From the NCBI GenBank assembly GCA_025786725.1, contig JAHLTZ010000071.1, positions 1 through 56,059 of the forward strand: a stretch of 56,059 bases of DNA. The letters are read 5' to 3'. The notes below the pieces were generated by a model, which saw only the letters and a list, made by a program, of their open reading frames with translations, was not told where the DNA came from and did no database searches. Origin of the DNA: Syncephalis fuscata S228 (Eukaryota > Fungi > Zoopagomycota). The translations under genes were made by a program, and so were the position numbers. Below, in pieces: positions 26,581-40,062 of the stretch. Within the stretch, counting starts at the first letter, position 1, and each line of letters opens with the position of its first letter.

Positions 26581-27510
26581 TACAATTGCAATAAATAATA
26601 ATATTGATTTAGTGTGATTTCGTGACCAAATAACTATACTGATTATTTACACATTTAAATTAAACATTTAATCTATTGACCATGATGATGAGTGGTGAGT
26701 GACATCAATCATTAAATACTCATCATTGTAGATTCATTATCCAGTATACATATATCCACTATTTACCTATATCATTCTCATACTGTTCCATACTACTGTA
26801 TATCGTTCTATGTTATACTGAACACATTCTATTGTTTATATGTCCCAATACACTTTACTCACTCCACTCATTGCGTTATATACACTATAACCTCAACACC
26901 AATATTCATACTATTCTATATCATTCTATACCTGTTTAGTCTTGCTTTATTCGAAACTGGTTGTATTTTTGCTTTAGCTTTATTATTAATAAATGTTGAC
27001 TAATGTCGCTCAACTGCCCATGTATATATACTCATTAACGCCAACACTACTAATCAGTACTCAATATTGTATATTCATTATATTGTATACTGTTATATTG
27101 TTTAATAAATACGCGCTAGCTATTGCAGTTGTTTTTTTAGTTCTAACTTTATTATTAATAGATGTCAACTTATTCAACTCAGCCATTTATTAAACTATAT
27201 TTGATTGAAACTTATAACAATATAATGTATTCAATATAGCATGAAATGGTACATGCATACTGGATAATAAATCTACGATAATGAGTATTTTAAACTTTAA
27301 TACTACTTACCACCCATCATTATGTTCAACAGATTGAATGTTATCAAATATAATCAGGGGTGGCAGGCAAATGCTGCAAATGCGCGGTTAGGTCCTACGG
27401 ACCGTTGTCTCAAGCTAATAAATTTGAATCCAAATGTTATCAAATATAATCATTTACACCTAAATCACAATGAATGTGATAATTGGTTAACAAAATATCA
27501 AATACATAAT
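26581..27510 (+). mobile_element. ~930-bp long-TIR repeat element (MITE/MULE-like)
   Basis: 26712-26746 (ttaaatactcatcattgtagattcattatccagta) pairs with 27258-27293, and the degenerate pairing extends outward. Near-identical dispersed copy at ~50580-51424. Confidence 0.65.
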
Positions 27511-27913
27511 AATTGTGAGATGATACACAGCGCACGCTTATTAGTATAATAGGAATATTAAAGTAAGAAAGAAAAGCTATTATTTATTTTATTAATAAAA
27601 TATCATGCTGTTTAAAGATCAGTATTTGTACTAAATTGTGCTAATTGCTAATAATTATAAAATAAATTTATTGTAACAAAACATAGACAAATACAAAAAC
27701 TAATAATACGGCAAGTATGGCTAGCCCATTAAAAGCAAGTAACTGCTGTTTCCAGTCCCTGCCCAGTTCCATATTGGGACGGCAGAGCCCGGTGTATAGC
27801 GTTACCTGCTTTAGCGGTCCCGCCTGGTGTAAAAGTGCCTAAAATAAAGTTAGTACTGTTGCAGTTGGTTTTACATTAACTTGCCATGATATACAAGATA
27901 GAATCACTTGCGT

Positions 27914-28477
27914 CTAATGGCGCGAGCGCTCCTGATTGTTGGCGTCGTGCACGGCCGTGCGACGGCGCGGTCTTGGAACCGCAATTCGGCGAGGCTCCTC
28001 ATCCCGCGGAATTGCGCGATAAGTGTTATCGACACTTCCCGCGTTAGAAGACATACTGTCGTGGGCGACAGTAGCCTCAGCTTGTTGTACCGATGCCAAT
28101 TCGAGGGCACCGGTAAACTCCACTCCCTCCATAGGTGTTGCTTGGTTGGAGGAGGAGGAGGGAGAGTAGTAATTACTACTGAATGTAAACCCAAACATGG
28201 CAGTCGCAGTGCCTGTGGTTTTGTTGCTGCTCAAGACCTTTTCAGTTTGAACACCAACGCTGCGCGTAGCAGCCTTCGCTTGCGTACCTACGCAGCGGAT
28301 TTGTGGCGGCAATAGAGCTTGTGTCGCAACCGACACAAGCTCTAGCAACTTGGCCTTCTTCAAGGCTGGATTGCCGCCCACCTCCATGTCTGTCTCAGAA
28401 AACAGGCGTTTCTGAACAACAGGTGGCGGCATTGTAGCATAAATAATACTACGGGTAAAAACGATTGTTGTAGTCAT
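27914..28477 (-). CDS. Orphan 187-aa protein, copy 2 (identical protein)
   Basis: Identical translation to 21874..22437. Confidence 0.7.
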   Translation of the reverse strand: MTTTIVFTRSIIYATMPPPVVQKRLFSETDMEVGGNPALKKAKLLELVSVATQALLPPQIRCVGTQAKAATRSVGVQTEKVLSSNKTTGTATAMFGFTFSSNYYSPSSSSNQATPMEGVEFTGALELASVQQAEATVAHDSMSSNAGSVDNTYRAIPRDEEPRRIAVPRPRRRTAVHDANNQERSRH

Positions 28478-31249
28478 CGTTGACTATTTTACACTATAGC
28501 AACACGCAAAAACATACAATTAACATCGTGTAAATAGCATGTATACTGCAGATTCAAACACAGCATAACCAAACAAGCCATTCAGTTTAAACGGATTGAT
28601 AGTTTTAAGCAAACACCAAGGACGCACTGCGCGGTTAAACAAAGCAAACACAGACGCAACGCAAAGTGTTACGCGACAAGACAACCTGGCGCAGCAGTCA
28701 TAACACTATCCACAGACAAACGCAAACGCAGCACTTGCTTACCTTTATAACGATTTGTTAAGACAAAAAACTACAATGATGTAGTGGATGGAGAAGGCAG
28801 AGTAATAAAAACAAACAAAGTAGAAAGCGTTATAAAGCTCTACAAATTATTCTTGCGCGACTTTTTACACAGTAAATAGCCACTTACGAATTCACTCAAT
28901 TATTTACACACACACACACACACACACACTAGTAGTAGTTTGCATTGTTATTTATTTGTAATAAAGCGCTTGTATATACAATTTGTAGTATCGCTATCGT
29001 CTTGTGCAGCTCAATACGATTTCACTAGCCAAAACAGGCCTGCATCGGACATGAATATCAAATGGTCCGTGTACACCTTGCTAAACCGGTAAATAGTCCG
29101 ATGAACTGGATGGCGTGATCACAACAGCAAATAGCGCACAACACGTGATGTTGTGTTTACTTTTCATAAAAACACCACCACCACCACCATGATTATCGCG
29201 CATTAATAACGCGTATCGACTGAAACAACAACAGACCATTTAAACAATACATCCAGCTGTAATAATATAAGTGATATTTATATAAACTATTTGTACTATT
29301 GTTTTGCTTATTCATTTGGTTGATTGCCATTCCAGTATATTTAACAGTCATAAGTAATCTTAATGGTTTATACAACAAATTCATACTGAAACTTGGCTTC
29401 AAAAGTACCTTTTTAATAAGTATACTGTAATTAGCGTATGGTATTGTTATTGATGTAGATACACGTTAGGTAGCTTATTGTAGTCACTTTATTGTTAAGT
29501 CGGCCTGTAATGGCTTCATCGTTTGGCAACATCAATATTCGTTATTTTATGTTATAAGAGCTATGGTATGTTTGTATATATTAATGTAGTCGGTGGGTAT
29601 GGTTGTAGTTTATTTAATATACTAGATATGAGATTGAAGAAATACTTGGCAGAATAATGAGGTATATACAAATACTTGCACTCAATATTAGTATTAGTAT
29701 TGTTCTATTTGTTTAAAGCGTTGTGGCATCGGTTATGCGTTGTTTGGCTATCAGTAACTTATTGGCGTATTAATGATTCAATTGCTTGACTGTGCTGAAT
29801 TTGGATTGATTGATAGATACTATATCAAATGTCAACTTGCTTATATTTCCCAACGTTAATATTGTATCCTAACCAGCATATGTTGATATTTTATTTATAG
29901 TATGATATTATGTAAATGTGTATTTAGTTGTTTACCGTAATGTTATAAATTTAATAGATATGCCGTATCATGGCCGTTGTTATTGATATTATCTTGCTAT
30001 TATGTTATAGTTTGTTTTATTACTTAAGTAACTATAACCACATCATAATTCTCTTATAATAAACAATGTTTATAACATTTTTAACCAATATCCACCTTGT
30101 GATAGTAAGGTTTTCTTTAACTAATAATGGATATAAGTTGATTTTTGGTCTGGTGTATAGTGTTACACTATATTAGTATTAGTAAGCAATGAAAAGATCA
30201 GAATATTAGCGAGGAAGTTGCCGTTATATGCGTAATGAGCAATAAAAGTGATCTAAGTCAAGTTTTCAAACAAATACAATTAGTGAAAACAGGCAAATTT
30301 TGAAAATAAAACGTGGTTACTAAAATATGCAATAGTGCAGGTAGAACAAATAGAAAAAACAATGTTTATGAATAGTAATATTAATATTATAGCGTATGTA
30401 TATATGCATGAACAAATGAGCAAAAGTAAGTTGCAATTTTTAAATAAGAAATCTGGATTTAAATAAAGCGTTGTTGTTAGATGATTAATGATATACAATG
30501 GACAAGTATACGTTAGAAAGGCACAAACAAGTTGTTAAGATATGTATATAAAACAATGAATGGACTGAATGAAGTTTATTAAAACATATAACAATAAAAT
30601 GTGTCTAATATATTATATAGTGATATATAATGGTATGGAATATAATAGTAAGCTATATACATGTATACTGAATAATAAATCTATGATAAAGACTGCTGTT
30701 AATTAATTAGTTACTACTGATCTAGTGTAATTATTGTGATTATGTGTGAAAATGGAAACTGCCAAATGCGAGAAACAACTAGGACGAATCCACCACCACC
30801 ACCCGCAATTGGGTCTGCCTCTTTCCACTCTGTCTCAACGTGCTCCCATCTGCAGGCGTAGGTAAGCGGCATTGATTATAGACTTGCGTACATGTCGATG
30901 ATGATATATCTATAAATATTTATATAAATATATGATGGATGGATATATGATGAATGAATTGATAATATAATACTGTTTGTAAATACATGGATATACTGGA
31001 GTATATACTATTAAGCAGTAATAGCGCGGATGGATGGATATATGGATTGCTACATACTCGATAGCAATAATGTCTATCAATCATTTATTGAATCAGTCGA
31101 TAAATTTATAAGCGACCGGATAGATACATAGATGGATGGATGGATATACAAAGGGGATTATTTATAGTGTTTATAGCCGTGAAAATACTGATATTTATTA
31201 TGTATACTAACCATATATTTGTTTGTAGCCGTTCGATTGAATTTACGTC

Positions 31250-32401
31250 ATGGGTGCTTACAAGTACATTGAGGAGCTTTACAAGAAGAAGCAGTCGGAT
31301 GTGCTTCGCTTTTTGCTGCGTGTCCGCTGCTGGGAGTACCGGTAAGCAATTGAGCGTATAATATAAACACTTGTATATTTTCTGCCTACCTGGCTGTCTT
31401 GTCTATCTTTTGCTAACCAAGGCAGGCAGATAGACAGAAAAAATGCGAGCACGCGCTGTTCAAAAGTAATATTGCGCTCTTTTGAATAGACTATAATATT
31501 GATTTGGACAGCGTGTGTATTTCCTTGTGGCGGTTCGTCTTAGGCGGTCCGTCGAGCGTGCTGCATGGCGTCGACCTGCCTGGTCGTCATTATTGATAAT
31601 GTTGTTTAACGACAACAAGTCAATAATGCGCATACTGTTTCTTATGAAGCAGTTTGTGGCTGCAACCCTCGAGCGTGCACAAACGCCAATGATCATTTGA
31701 CGAATAGTCGCTTACTTTTTCTTTTTTTTTGCTGCTTGTTTATGTTCGATTTTGGCGGGTCTTGCTATATTTAAATGGCGCTTATATATGGATTTAATTT
31801 GCGGCACAATCATTAGCCAGTTGAATGTTATTCACCGTGCCTCTCGCCCATCCCGCCCAGACAAGGCACGTCGCCTCGGCTATAAGGTAAATTATTATAT
31901 ATGCTACTGCCAAATAATTATATATTTATTAATTGCTATATTAATTTAGGCCAAACAAGGCTACGTGATCTACCGCATTCGCGTTCGTCGTGGTGGTCGC
32001 AAGCGCCCAGTTGCTAAGGGTGCCACTTTTGGTAAGCCCCACTCCATGGGTATCAACGAGCTCAAGTACCAGCACTCCCACGCTACACTGCCGAGAACCG
32101 TATCGGCCGTCGTTGCCCCAACTTGCGCGTTCTTAACAGCTACTGGGTCAACCAAGACTCGACCTACAAGTACTTTGAGGTCATTCTTGTCGACCCAAGC
32201 CACAAGGTCATCCGCTCTGACCCACGCATCAACTGGATCGTCAACTCTGTCCACAAGCACCGCGAAGCTCGTGGTCTTACCTCCATCGGTCGCAAGAACC
32301 GTGGTGTTGGCAAAGGTCACGGATTCAACAAGTTCATCGGTGGCAGTCGTCGTGCCGCTTGGCGCCGCAACAACACCTTGTCCCTCCGTCGCTACCGCTA
32401 A
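31250..32401 (+). CDS. RPL15: 60S ribosomal protein L15 (eL15); exons 31250-31341, 31817-31886, 31950-32401; apparent -1 indel near 32080
   Basis: [95 protein letters not shown]. Candidate 5'UTR intron 30862-31228. Confidence 0.97.
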
Positions 32402-33557
32402 ACAACAATTGCACTGGCGATGCACTGCGGCAATACTATTGGCATTCTGGCAGATTTACACGACCTTTATGGCCTATCGCGTCCAATGTCATTTGTTTTC
32501 TGCTGCAATGTTTGCTCGGATACCAATATGTGTCTATTATGCATAAAGGCATTCAACTCGTTTGATATTATTTATATTTGCAAACAAACATGTGATCGAA
32601 TTAATGTTAAAAAATGTGAATTTACGTTTATTTAAAGAGAACTGGTATTATCAAAGCTTTGATATAGTATTTCATGGTAACTTATTAGCGAATTGCCACT
32701 GATTACAATTTGGAAAACCGAATTAATCAAATACTATCAAATTAATAATAATTTTACAATAGACATAGCAAAGTATATTACTATAGATACAGACAATAAT
32801 ATTAATATTTTGTATTTAATTTTCTACACTAAAACAGCCATAAAAGTATTTGCTAAACAATAGCAAACTAAGATAAAAAAGAATACATGGTTATTGTATG
32901 ACAGTTTAGCCTAAAATTAGCTGTCTGTGCTACTATTAGGCAAATAACGATAAGAACACACATGGCCATTTACGATATTTCTTGTGCTTACAAAACATAA
33001 TGAATTTATTAAAGTAATGAATGTAATAAAATAATGGATATCATTTGAAAGCAAAGACAATTGTAATGATATGTCTATCATTGGTTTATCGGTAAATACA
33101 TAATTAAATTGAATTTTACTTTTACACTAAATCTCTTCATCATAAATACGTTATTGATAAATCAATAAAGTACGCCGGCGTCCCATAATAGATAAAGTGA
33201 CAATCCATTAGCTTGCATAAATAAATATGCGTTTGATAAATTCATTTCTAGCAATTCGGTATAGTTATATACAATATAATATCTTATTGTAAGCAATGTG
33301 AGTATATTCGTTATAAATACAATATGTTTGAATAGACAGCCACCTACTATAATAGATATTAAAAATGGTATGGCATGGCTTAGTATTTGCTTAACTTAAA
33401 CGGAGTCGACACAGCATCGTACCAACAAATTGTACATTCCAGTAATAGAGATTGCTGATAATTTAGCATAAGTAACGATTAGACGGCACATTACACAAAA
33501 ATAATAAAGAAAAGCATAAATACTTGTATTAAATTAAATAATTAACAAAAATCAGAA

Positions 33558-35637
33558 TCAGAATCTGCTTGTATACCTACAGATTAATGGAATAACCTGT
33601 TTTATATCACCTTTTAAACCAAAATAAGGGACACGTACTGCTTCACGGGAAATATTATTTGGATCAAAAGATCCAGGATCAGCAACAATATAGCCGGAAT
33701 AAACCCAATTTTCTTTGTAAAGTAGCGAATATGGTTGACCAATACTCACGGTGATAGTACGCGTACTTTCAGGCGGTATAGATATCTTTTTGATTGGTAT
33801 ATAAACATCAGCAAATCCGTCACTGTGTTCAGGTGGAAAGTTGGGCATATTAGCCCAATTGTATCCACGGATTGATGCTGAAGGTTGGTGCGATATTGTG
33901 TAAGTCTTGGCCTGCTTACTACCATTGATAATGTGTATTTGCCGTTCTACCACATTACGGTGTTGTTTACCTCGTGATTCCGTATCTTTGAGTTCTATCA
34001 CCGGTGGCATTACACGTGACTTATCGTAGATGGCCCGTTCTACATTAATAAAGCCGGCCCCTTGGTGGGCTATTGATCCCAAAAGCGCACTGTCACTAGC
34101 TACAACAGGTGTCGCTGTGCTTTGAAATGCCATCTTTAGTGCGGCCACGTCAGCTTTGGTTTGTTTGTGCACTTCCAAATACAGCGCTACTGCACCGGCA
34201 ACGTAGCCTGTTGCCATTGATGTGCCATCTTTGTATTCGTATCGGCTGGTCGTAGAGATCGATGTTGTCATTATTTTTATTCCAGGTGCGCTAATGTCTG
34301 AATTAGATGTAAGCCATGGTGTTGGTCCCCAATTAGAAGAATTATCGATGCAAATATCGTCCAATAGTTCGAATTGTCCAGACTTGGTAGCAAATTTCAA
34401 ATGGCTTAAAGGCTCATGTGTTAGTTTTCGCATTACTAACTTGCTGTACTCTTTCGATATTATATATAGCGGTACGCTACACTGTGTCGAATCTGGGGCC
34501 GAGATTGATGTGATAATGCCAAGCGCGCCTCCCTTTTTGGCTGCATCTAGTAGGTGTTCAATTTTGCATTGGCCTGATGTTACAAACATCAGCTTATTGC
34601 GAAAACTACCTTCAATAAGGCAGGAAAACCATTTAGCTTTTACAGTAACCATGGCAATAAGTGTTTTTCTGTTGGTATTGCTAAAGCACTACATGGAGTG
34701 ACATAGGGAATATCTACACTATGTCTTCCCAATAGTCTAAACGATCGCATCATTTTGGTAGGAACATGGGCTGCAGCAACAGATATTACCGATGGAGATA
34801 CGGCAGGACTACGTGCTTGCCACATTAAGCCTGCGCGATCATTACCTGCTGCAGCAACTACAATGATACCTTGTTCAGTCATCTTTTCAACCATGTCTAT
34901 GACTATATCGCTGTTCTTATAGGCTACTGATGACAGCGACACATTAATAATACTCATATCATCTTTCAAAGCCATTTCTAGTGCGCTTTTTATAAGAGAC
35001 GACCATGTTTCACCATTACATCCTACAATACGATAAGCGCCCAGTATAGCCTCAGGAACAACTCCAACAAGTGTTGTTGTTTTGGCAGCAATGATACCCG
35101 CTACAGCAGTACCATGGCCGGAACATTCGTCCTTTGGATCGTTGTCTGGCACGGGCTCGCGAATACCATCAAAGTCATTGCCAACAAAGTCATAGCCATA
35201 AGCTACTTTGCAGCCATCTCCAAAGCAACCACCAAGTGCTGGATGTGTATAGTCAATACCAGAATCAAGTACAGCGATTTTAATGCCTTGTCCAAAGTGT
35301 CCTTGTTTATGAAGAGTCTTGACATGAGTAGTTAGATGTGGATCGGCTATTTTGACATTAAGGCGCTGTGCTGCAACACTTAAATCCGGTCCTAGGGGTA
35401 TTTGGGCCTGTATTGTTGCTGCAGCATTACTTGCACGTTTACGTAATTTTTTAGATAATATAAATGGCACTTGGTAAGCATCGTTTTTGTAATTTTTTGC
35501 GAGTAAGCTGATAATATGCGCTTATTAGCTGTAAATGACTGAATTGAATTTGATTTTAATAACACCGGAGTAGCATATGCCGCTACATAGCGAGTAATCG
35601 AAGTTAATAGCAATGTCGCAATTATAAATAATATCAT
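33558..35637 (-). CDS. Secreted Vpr/pyrolysin-like S8 protease (PA and Fn3-like regions) split by two frameshifts (~35495, ~34665): sequencing error or pseudogene
   Basis: Signal peptide MILFIIATLLL, LDSGIDYTHPALGGCFG, GHGTAVAG, AAGN, DISAPG, GTSMA, HQGAGFIN, YSGYI, VPYFG spread over three frames. Confidence 0.85.
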
Positions 35638-36510
35638 TATTTGCTCGTCAAATTTGACATAAATGATTTTCAACTGATAAAAAGTAAAAGGGAAAGATAT
35701 TTTAAGACTGTATCTAAAAATCCCATGCTATTTAACGAACAACAAGTCGGCTAATATTTTTTATTGAGCAGTCCATGAAATACACAAATATAAATGGCAG
35801 TACAGATCAATTTAGAGATAAATTCACGTGTGTTAGTTAAATGGGTCCGCACAAGGGTCAAAACATAGCCAGTTTTCCAATAATGGTATGATAACATGTG
35901 TAAGCTATAAATAGTAAATAATATCTAAAGATAATCAAATGTAATACTAATATCGTTATTATAATAAAAAATGTATTAGTAAAACTCATCTCTCTTTCTC
36001 TAGAGCTTTATTATTTGAAGCAAGGTATAGCGATACGAATTTGAACGACAGTGTTAACAGCTAAAAAGTGATTTAAATGCTATTTTTTGGTGTTAATATC
36101 GACTTTCTACTTTAAGCAATTTTCCACGATTTTTTGAATACATAAAAGCATGTACTAATGCATATTCACTATACGGGAATAAAAATAAGATTACATATGT
36201 TAAGAATAATGTGCTATTTATGTGTATCGGGTGTTTTATTAATATTAATGATTGTGTATATTAAACATAAACAACATCATTGATAAATTGTATAATTATG
36301 CAAGATGGCTATTATATACTATAAAGCTCTATAGTCATTGAAGACGAAATTGGAAGTGTTATTGGTTGTCGTTATGTTATACAATTAATAGTGAATATCA
36401 ATTTACACTAGCTGTGGCCGTATTAAAAGCTATTTTAGTGCAATTAGGTGCTAAAAGGTAATAAAAACAATAATGATAGTTTAGTTAATAAAACGTTACT
36501 AAAATTATTT

Positions 36511-37969
36511 ATAATTTTATGTAAAATGAAGCAAATTGTATGATATTTTGCACAAGTATGCGTATAACATGTAAGTAGCTATTGGCAAAGTATACCGCTA
36601 TTGTGTTGTGTGATGGTGTAGTACTTATGATAATACGCTAATAAATGTGTAAAAATAACAGTTTTTTGCCAATTATGGCTCGTATAAACAAAATACAGCA
36701 AAATGATTGCCGGATTCGAGTTCTCCATGCCTAGTTATACAGATTGGCATAAGAAATAGAACATTGATTTTTGCAACAAAAGTTAGTCAAAAATGTAATT
36801 TACGTATTTGTAATATATCTAATAAATTGTTGCTAAAATACGTATAACTTAATGTATAATAAAGCAAATTGTATGATATTTTGCACAAGTATGCATATAA
36901 TATGTAAGTAGCCATTGGCAAAGTATACCGCTATTGTGTTGTGTGATGGTGTAGTATTTATAATAATACGCTAATAAATGTGTAAAAATAGCAGTTTTTT
37001 ACGGATTATGGCTTGTATAAGTAAACTACAGCAAAATGATTGCCGGATTCGAGTTCTCCATACTTAAATAATTAGATTAGCATAAGAAATAGAACATTGA
37101 TTTTTGCAACAAAAGTTAGCCAAAAATGCAATTTACATGTAAATATTTATTGAAAAAATGATAAAAATTTATGATTTTGAAAAATAAATAGTAAAAATAT
37201 ATTTAGTTCAAGGAAGACTTAAAGTTCTCTAAAGTACTAAGGCAATCGTAATAGCAATTTAGTATACAGAAATACTGATGTAAATTAACAATTTATGCCA
37301 TACATTTACATACAATATAAAACACTGTCAACTATTTACGCATAAATTGCATTTTTGGCTAACTTTTGTTGCAAAAATTAATGTTTTATTTCTTATGCTA
37401 ATCTAATTATTTAAGTATGGAGAACTCGAATCCGGCAATCATTTTGCTGTATTTTGTTTATACGAGCCATAATTGGCAAAAAAACTGCTATTTTTGTACA
37501 TTTATTAGCGTATTATCATAAGTACTACACCATCACACAACACAATAGCGGTATACTTTGCCAATAGCTACTTACATATTATATGCATACTTGTGCGAAA
37601 TATCATACAATTTGCTTTATTATACGTTAAGTTATACGTATTTTTAGCAACAATTTATTAGATATATTACAAATACGTAAATTACATTTTTGACTAGCTT
37701 TTGCTGCAAAAATCAATGTTCTATTTCTTATGCTAATCTAATTATCTAAGTATGGAGAACTCGAATCCGGCAATCATTTTGCTGTAGTTTACTTATACAA
37801 GCCATAATCCGTAAAAAACTGCTATTTTTACACATTTATTAGCGTATTATCATAAGTACTACACCATCACACAATACAATAGCGGTATATTTTGCCAATA
37901 GCTACTTACATGTTATACGCATACTTGTGCGAAATATCGTACAATTTGCTTCATTTTACATAAAATTAT
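36511..37969. mobile_element. Second copy of the 333-bp-unit foldback element; ~60-bp deletion at the inner end of its left arm
   Basis: Same units and same core as 8500-10018. Confidence 0.75.
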
Positions 37970-40062
37970 TTTACGATTGTAATCAAATTTACATTTTTTA
38001 CACGTTATTTTATACCACAGCAATGTAATTTCTAATGTACATTACTAAAAGTACCTATTAATAAGGCAATTCTCGTTCTAATACAACCATTAATTATTTA
38101 TTAACCTAAATAGTAGTTATATTATTACATGGCAAGTAGCAATATACTGCTTAATTACTCATTTTGTACTATTAATTGACGAATATTCCCTTATCTTTAT
38201 TAGGTTTTCAATTTTACTAAAAATCCAACTATTAGTTTAAACAGCGTATTTAAACATTATACTGCTTTAAAGCTATATAAACTATATAATTTGTACACAA
38301 ACTTATAATGAAACGTTTATTTTTTGTATATTTATAGTAACATTCTTGAACTTGTCTTAAACGTTTTGAGAGAGTTATAACATACATACAAGTGTGACCA
38401 GTTTTATCATCTAATTAACTTATTATTTATTTTTACTGTCTAAATGTTTGCGTAGCAATCTTATAATTCGTAAGGTCATCTACCTATATTTGCCCACTTT
38501 TCTCTTTTCCTAGCTCATGTGTGTGTGTGTGTGTTGCCCTTTTACAAATTGCTGTTTTAATTGTTATTAAGTAACCAACTAAACATAGAAACTAAAAAGT
38601 AAATTTATTTTATTATTTAATGCTATTGCAGCAATATCATTAAATTTACGCCATTATAGCAATGCTAGTGTAGTCATATACATTGGTTGTAGTACAAAGT
38701 TATTGAAATGCCACAATGAGATATGTAAACTAAAAGCAAATGTTTTTAATTAAATAATATGTATATCTATATAAAATTGAAGAAAAATTGTTATTATTAT
38801 TACTGAGCTCATCTAAATGTTATATTGGTTATTGGTACTATAGTATAGGTGAAATATGTTTAAATAATAAATAAACAATGATGTTAATAGTATTTATTTG
38901 TTATTAATATATTGCTACATTTAGATATTGCATGCTATACATAACATCATACTAGTGACAATTAAATATTATAATGTAGCTGAACTTTTGTGTACTGCAA
39001 TAGCAGAAAAAATGACAATTAATGTTTCCCTAACAACAGGATAACAATTCAATCAGTACTTAAAAACGTTACGCTCTGTAAATAATATTAAAGGCTTCTT
39101 ATTTTCTAAATTATCTATCCAGATTGCGCATCGCTGTTACTGAAATGGGGTGTTTATTTATTAACTAGATAATTTACAAACAAGTGACAAAAGTTAGCAA
39201 GGTAGCTTGTATTCATTGTTAACAAAAAACAAATGAAATTTACTGAAAACAAGAAAGAGGGAGGTTAAGAAACAAGAGTCACGTAGTACAGTGCCCGGGT
39301 AGCTGATGCACGCAAAAGGTTCGAAGCAACAACGCACTTTATTCTTTAAGTTTGGGCTGAAACACGAGGTATGACTTTACAAGGCTATTCAAATTAAACT
39401 AACACGACATATGTATGCATATTAGAAACTGGTAAAAAAGGCATAACCGACAGTTTATTGTGTTTAGATAGCTTCTTGGTTAGAATTACAAAAACAAATA
39501 GCAATTAATAACTTCTAGTCAATTAAATCAATAATCATTATGTAGCTGGTCGTACTTCAGTTACGGTTGTACTATAAATCACCTGGTATCTAACACGTGT
39601 ATTGTTTACTAGTTTTCCAAGGTGGTGTGATACCATAATTGCTTGGTTGTTACACCTAAACATGTTATGATAAGTACCCTCTAGGTAGTAAATAACATGT
39701 TTTTGTCAGATTTCCAGTATTAAGTCTAGGTTGATTGTTTATTGAAAAAGCGCTAAGTAGAGAGATACGCAAATTACTAGTAAGGCGTGTACATCAAACG
39801 TGTTTTGGACTTAATGTAACATAACTTGAATAGCATCGATGTTGCAATGTATCAATGGTTTGTACAGTATCTATTCAATGAAATAGCATGAATTTAATGC
39901 AAAACAATAACCTTGTACATATGTTGCTCTTACTTTGATCTATACAATAAATAGCATGGCAGATTTGCAACAACTTCAATCAGCATCAACACATCTATTC
40001 ATGAATCAACCAACCATTACCACAATTTTTTTTTACTATAACGAATTGTTTCGCTTATCACC

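Larger units (their letters stand above)
26581..29600. repeat. Right arm of 3,020-bp inverted repeat
   Basis: Reverse complement of 20751-23770. Confidence 0.97.

Noticed and set aside
27357-27432. HDV, hammerhead or twister ribozyme
   Set aside because: I could not build the pseudoknot or find CUGANGA/GAAA cores on either strand.
10106-36423. Mating-type locus
   Set aside because: No HMG-box, homeodomain, tptA or rnhA gene is visible.
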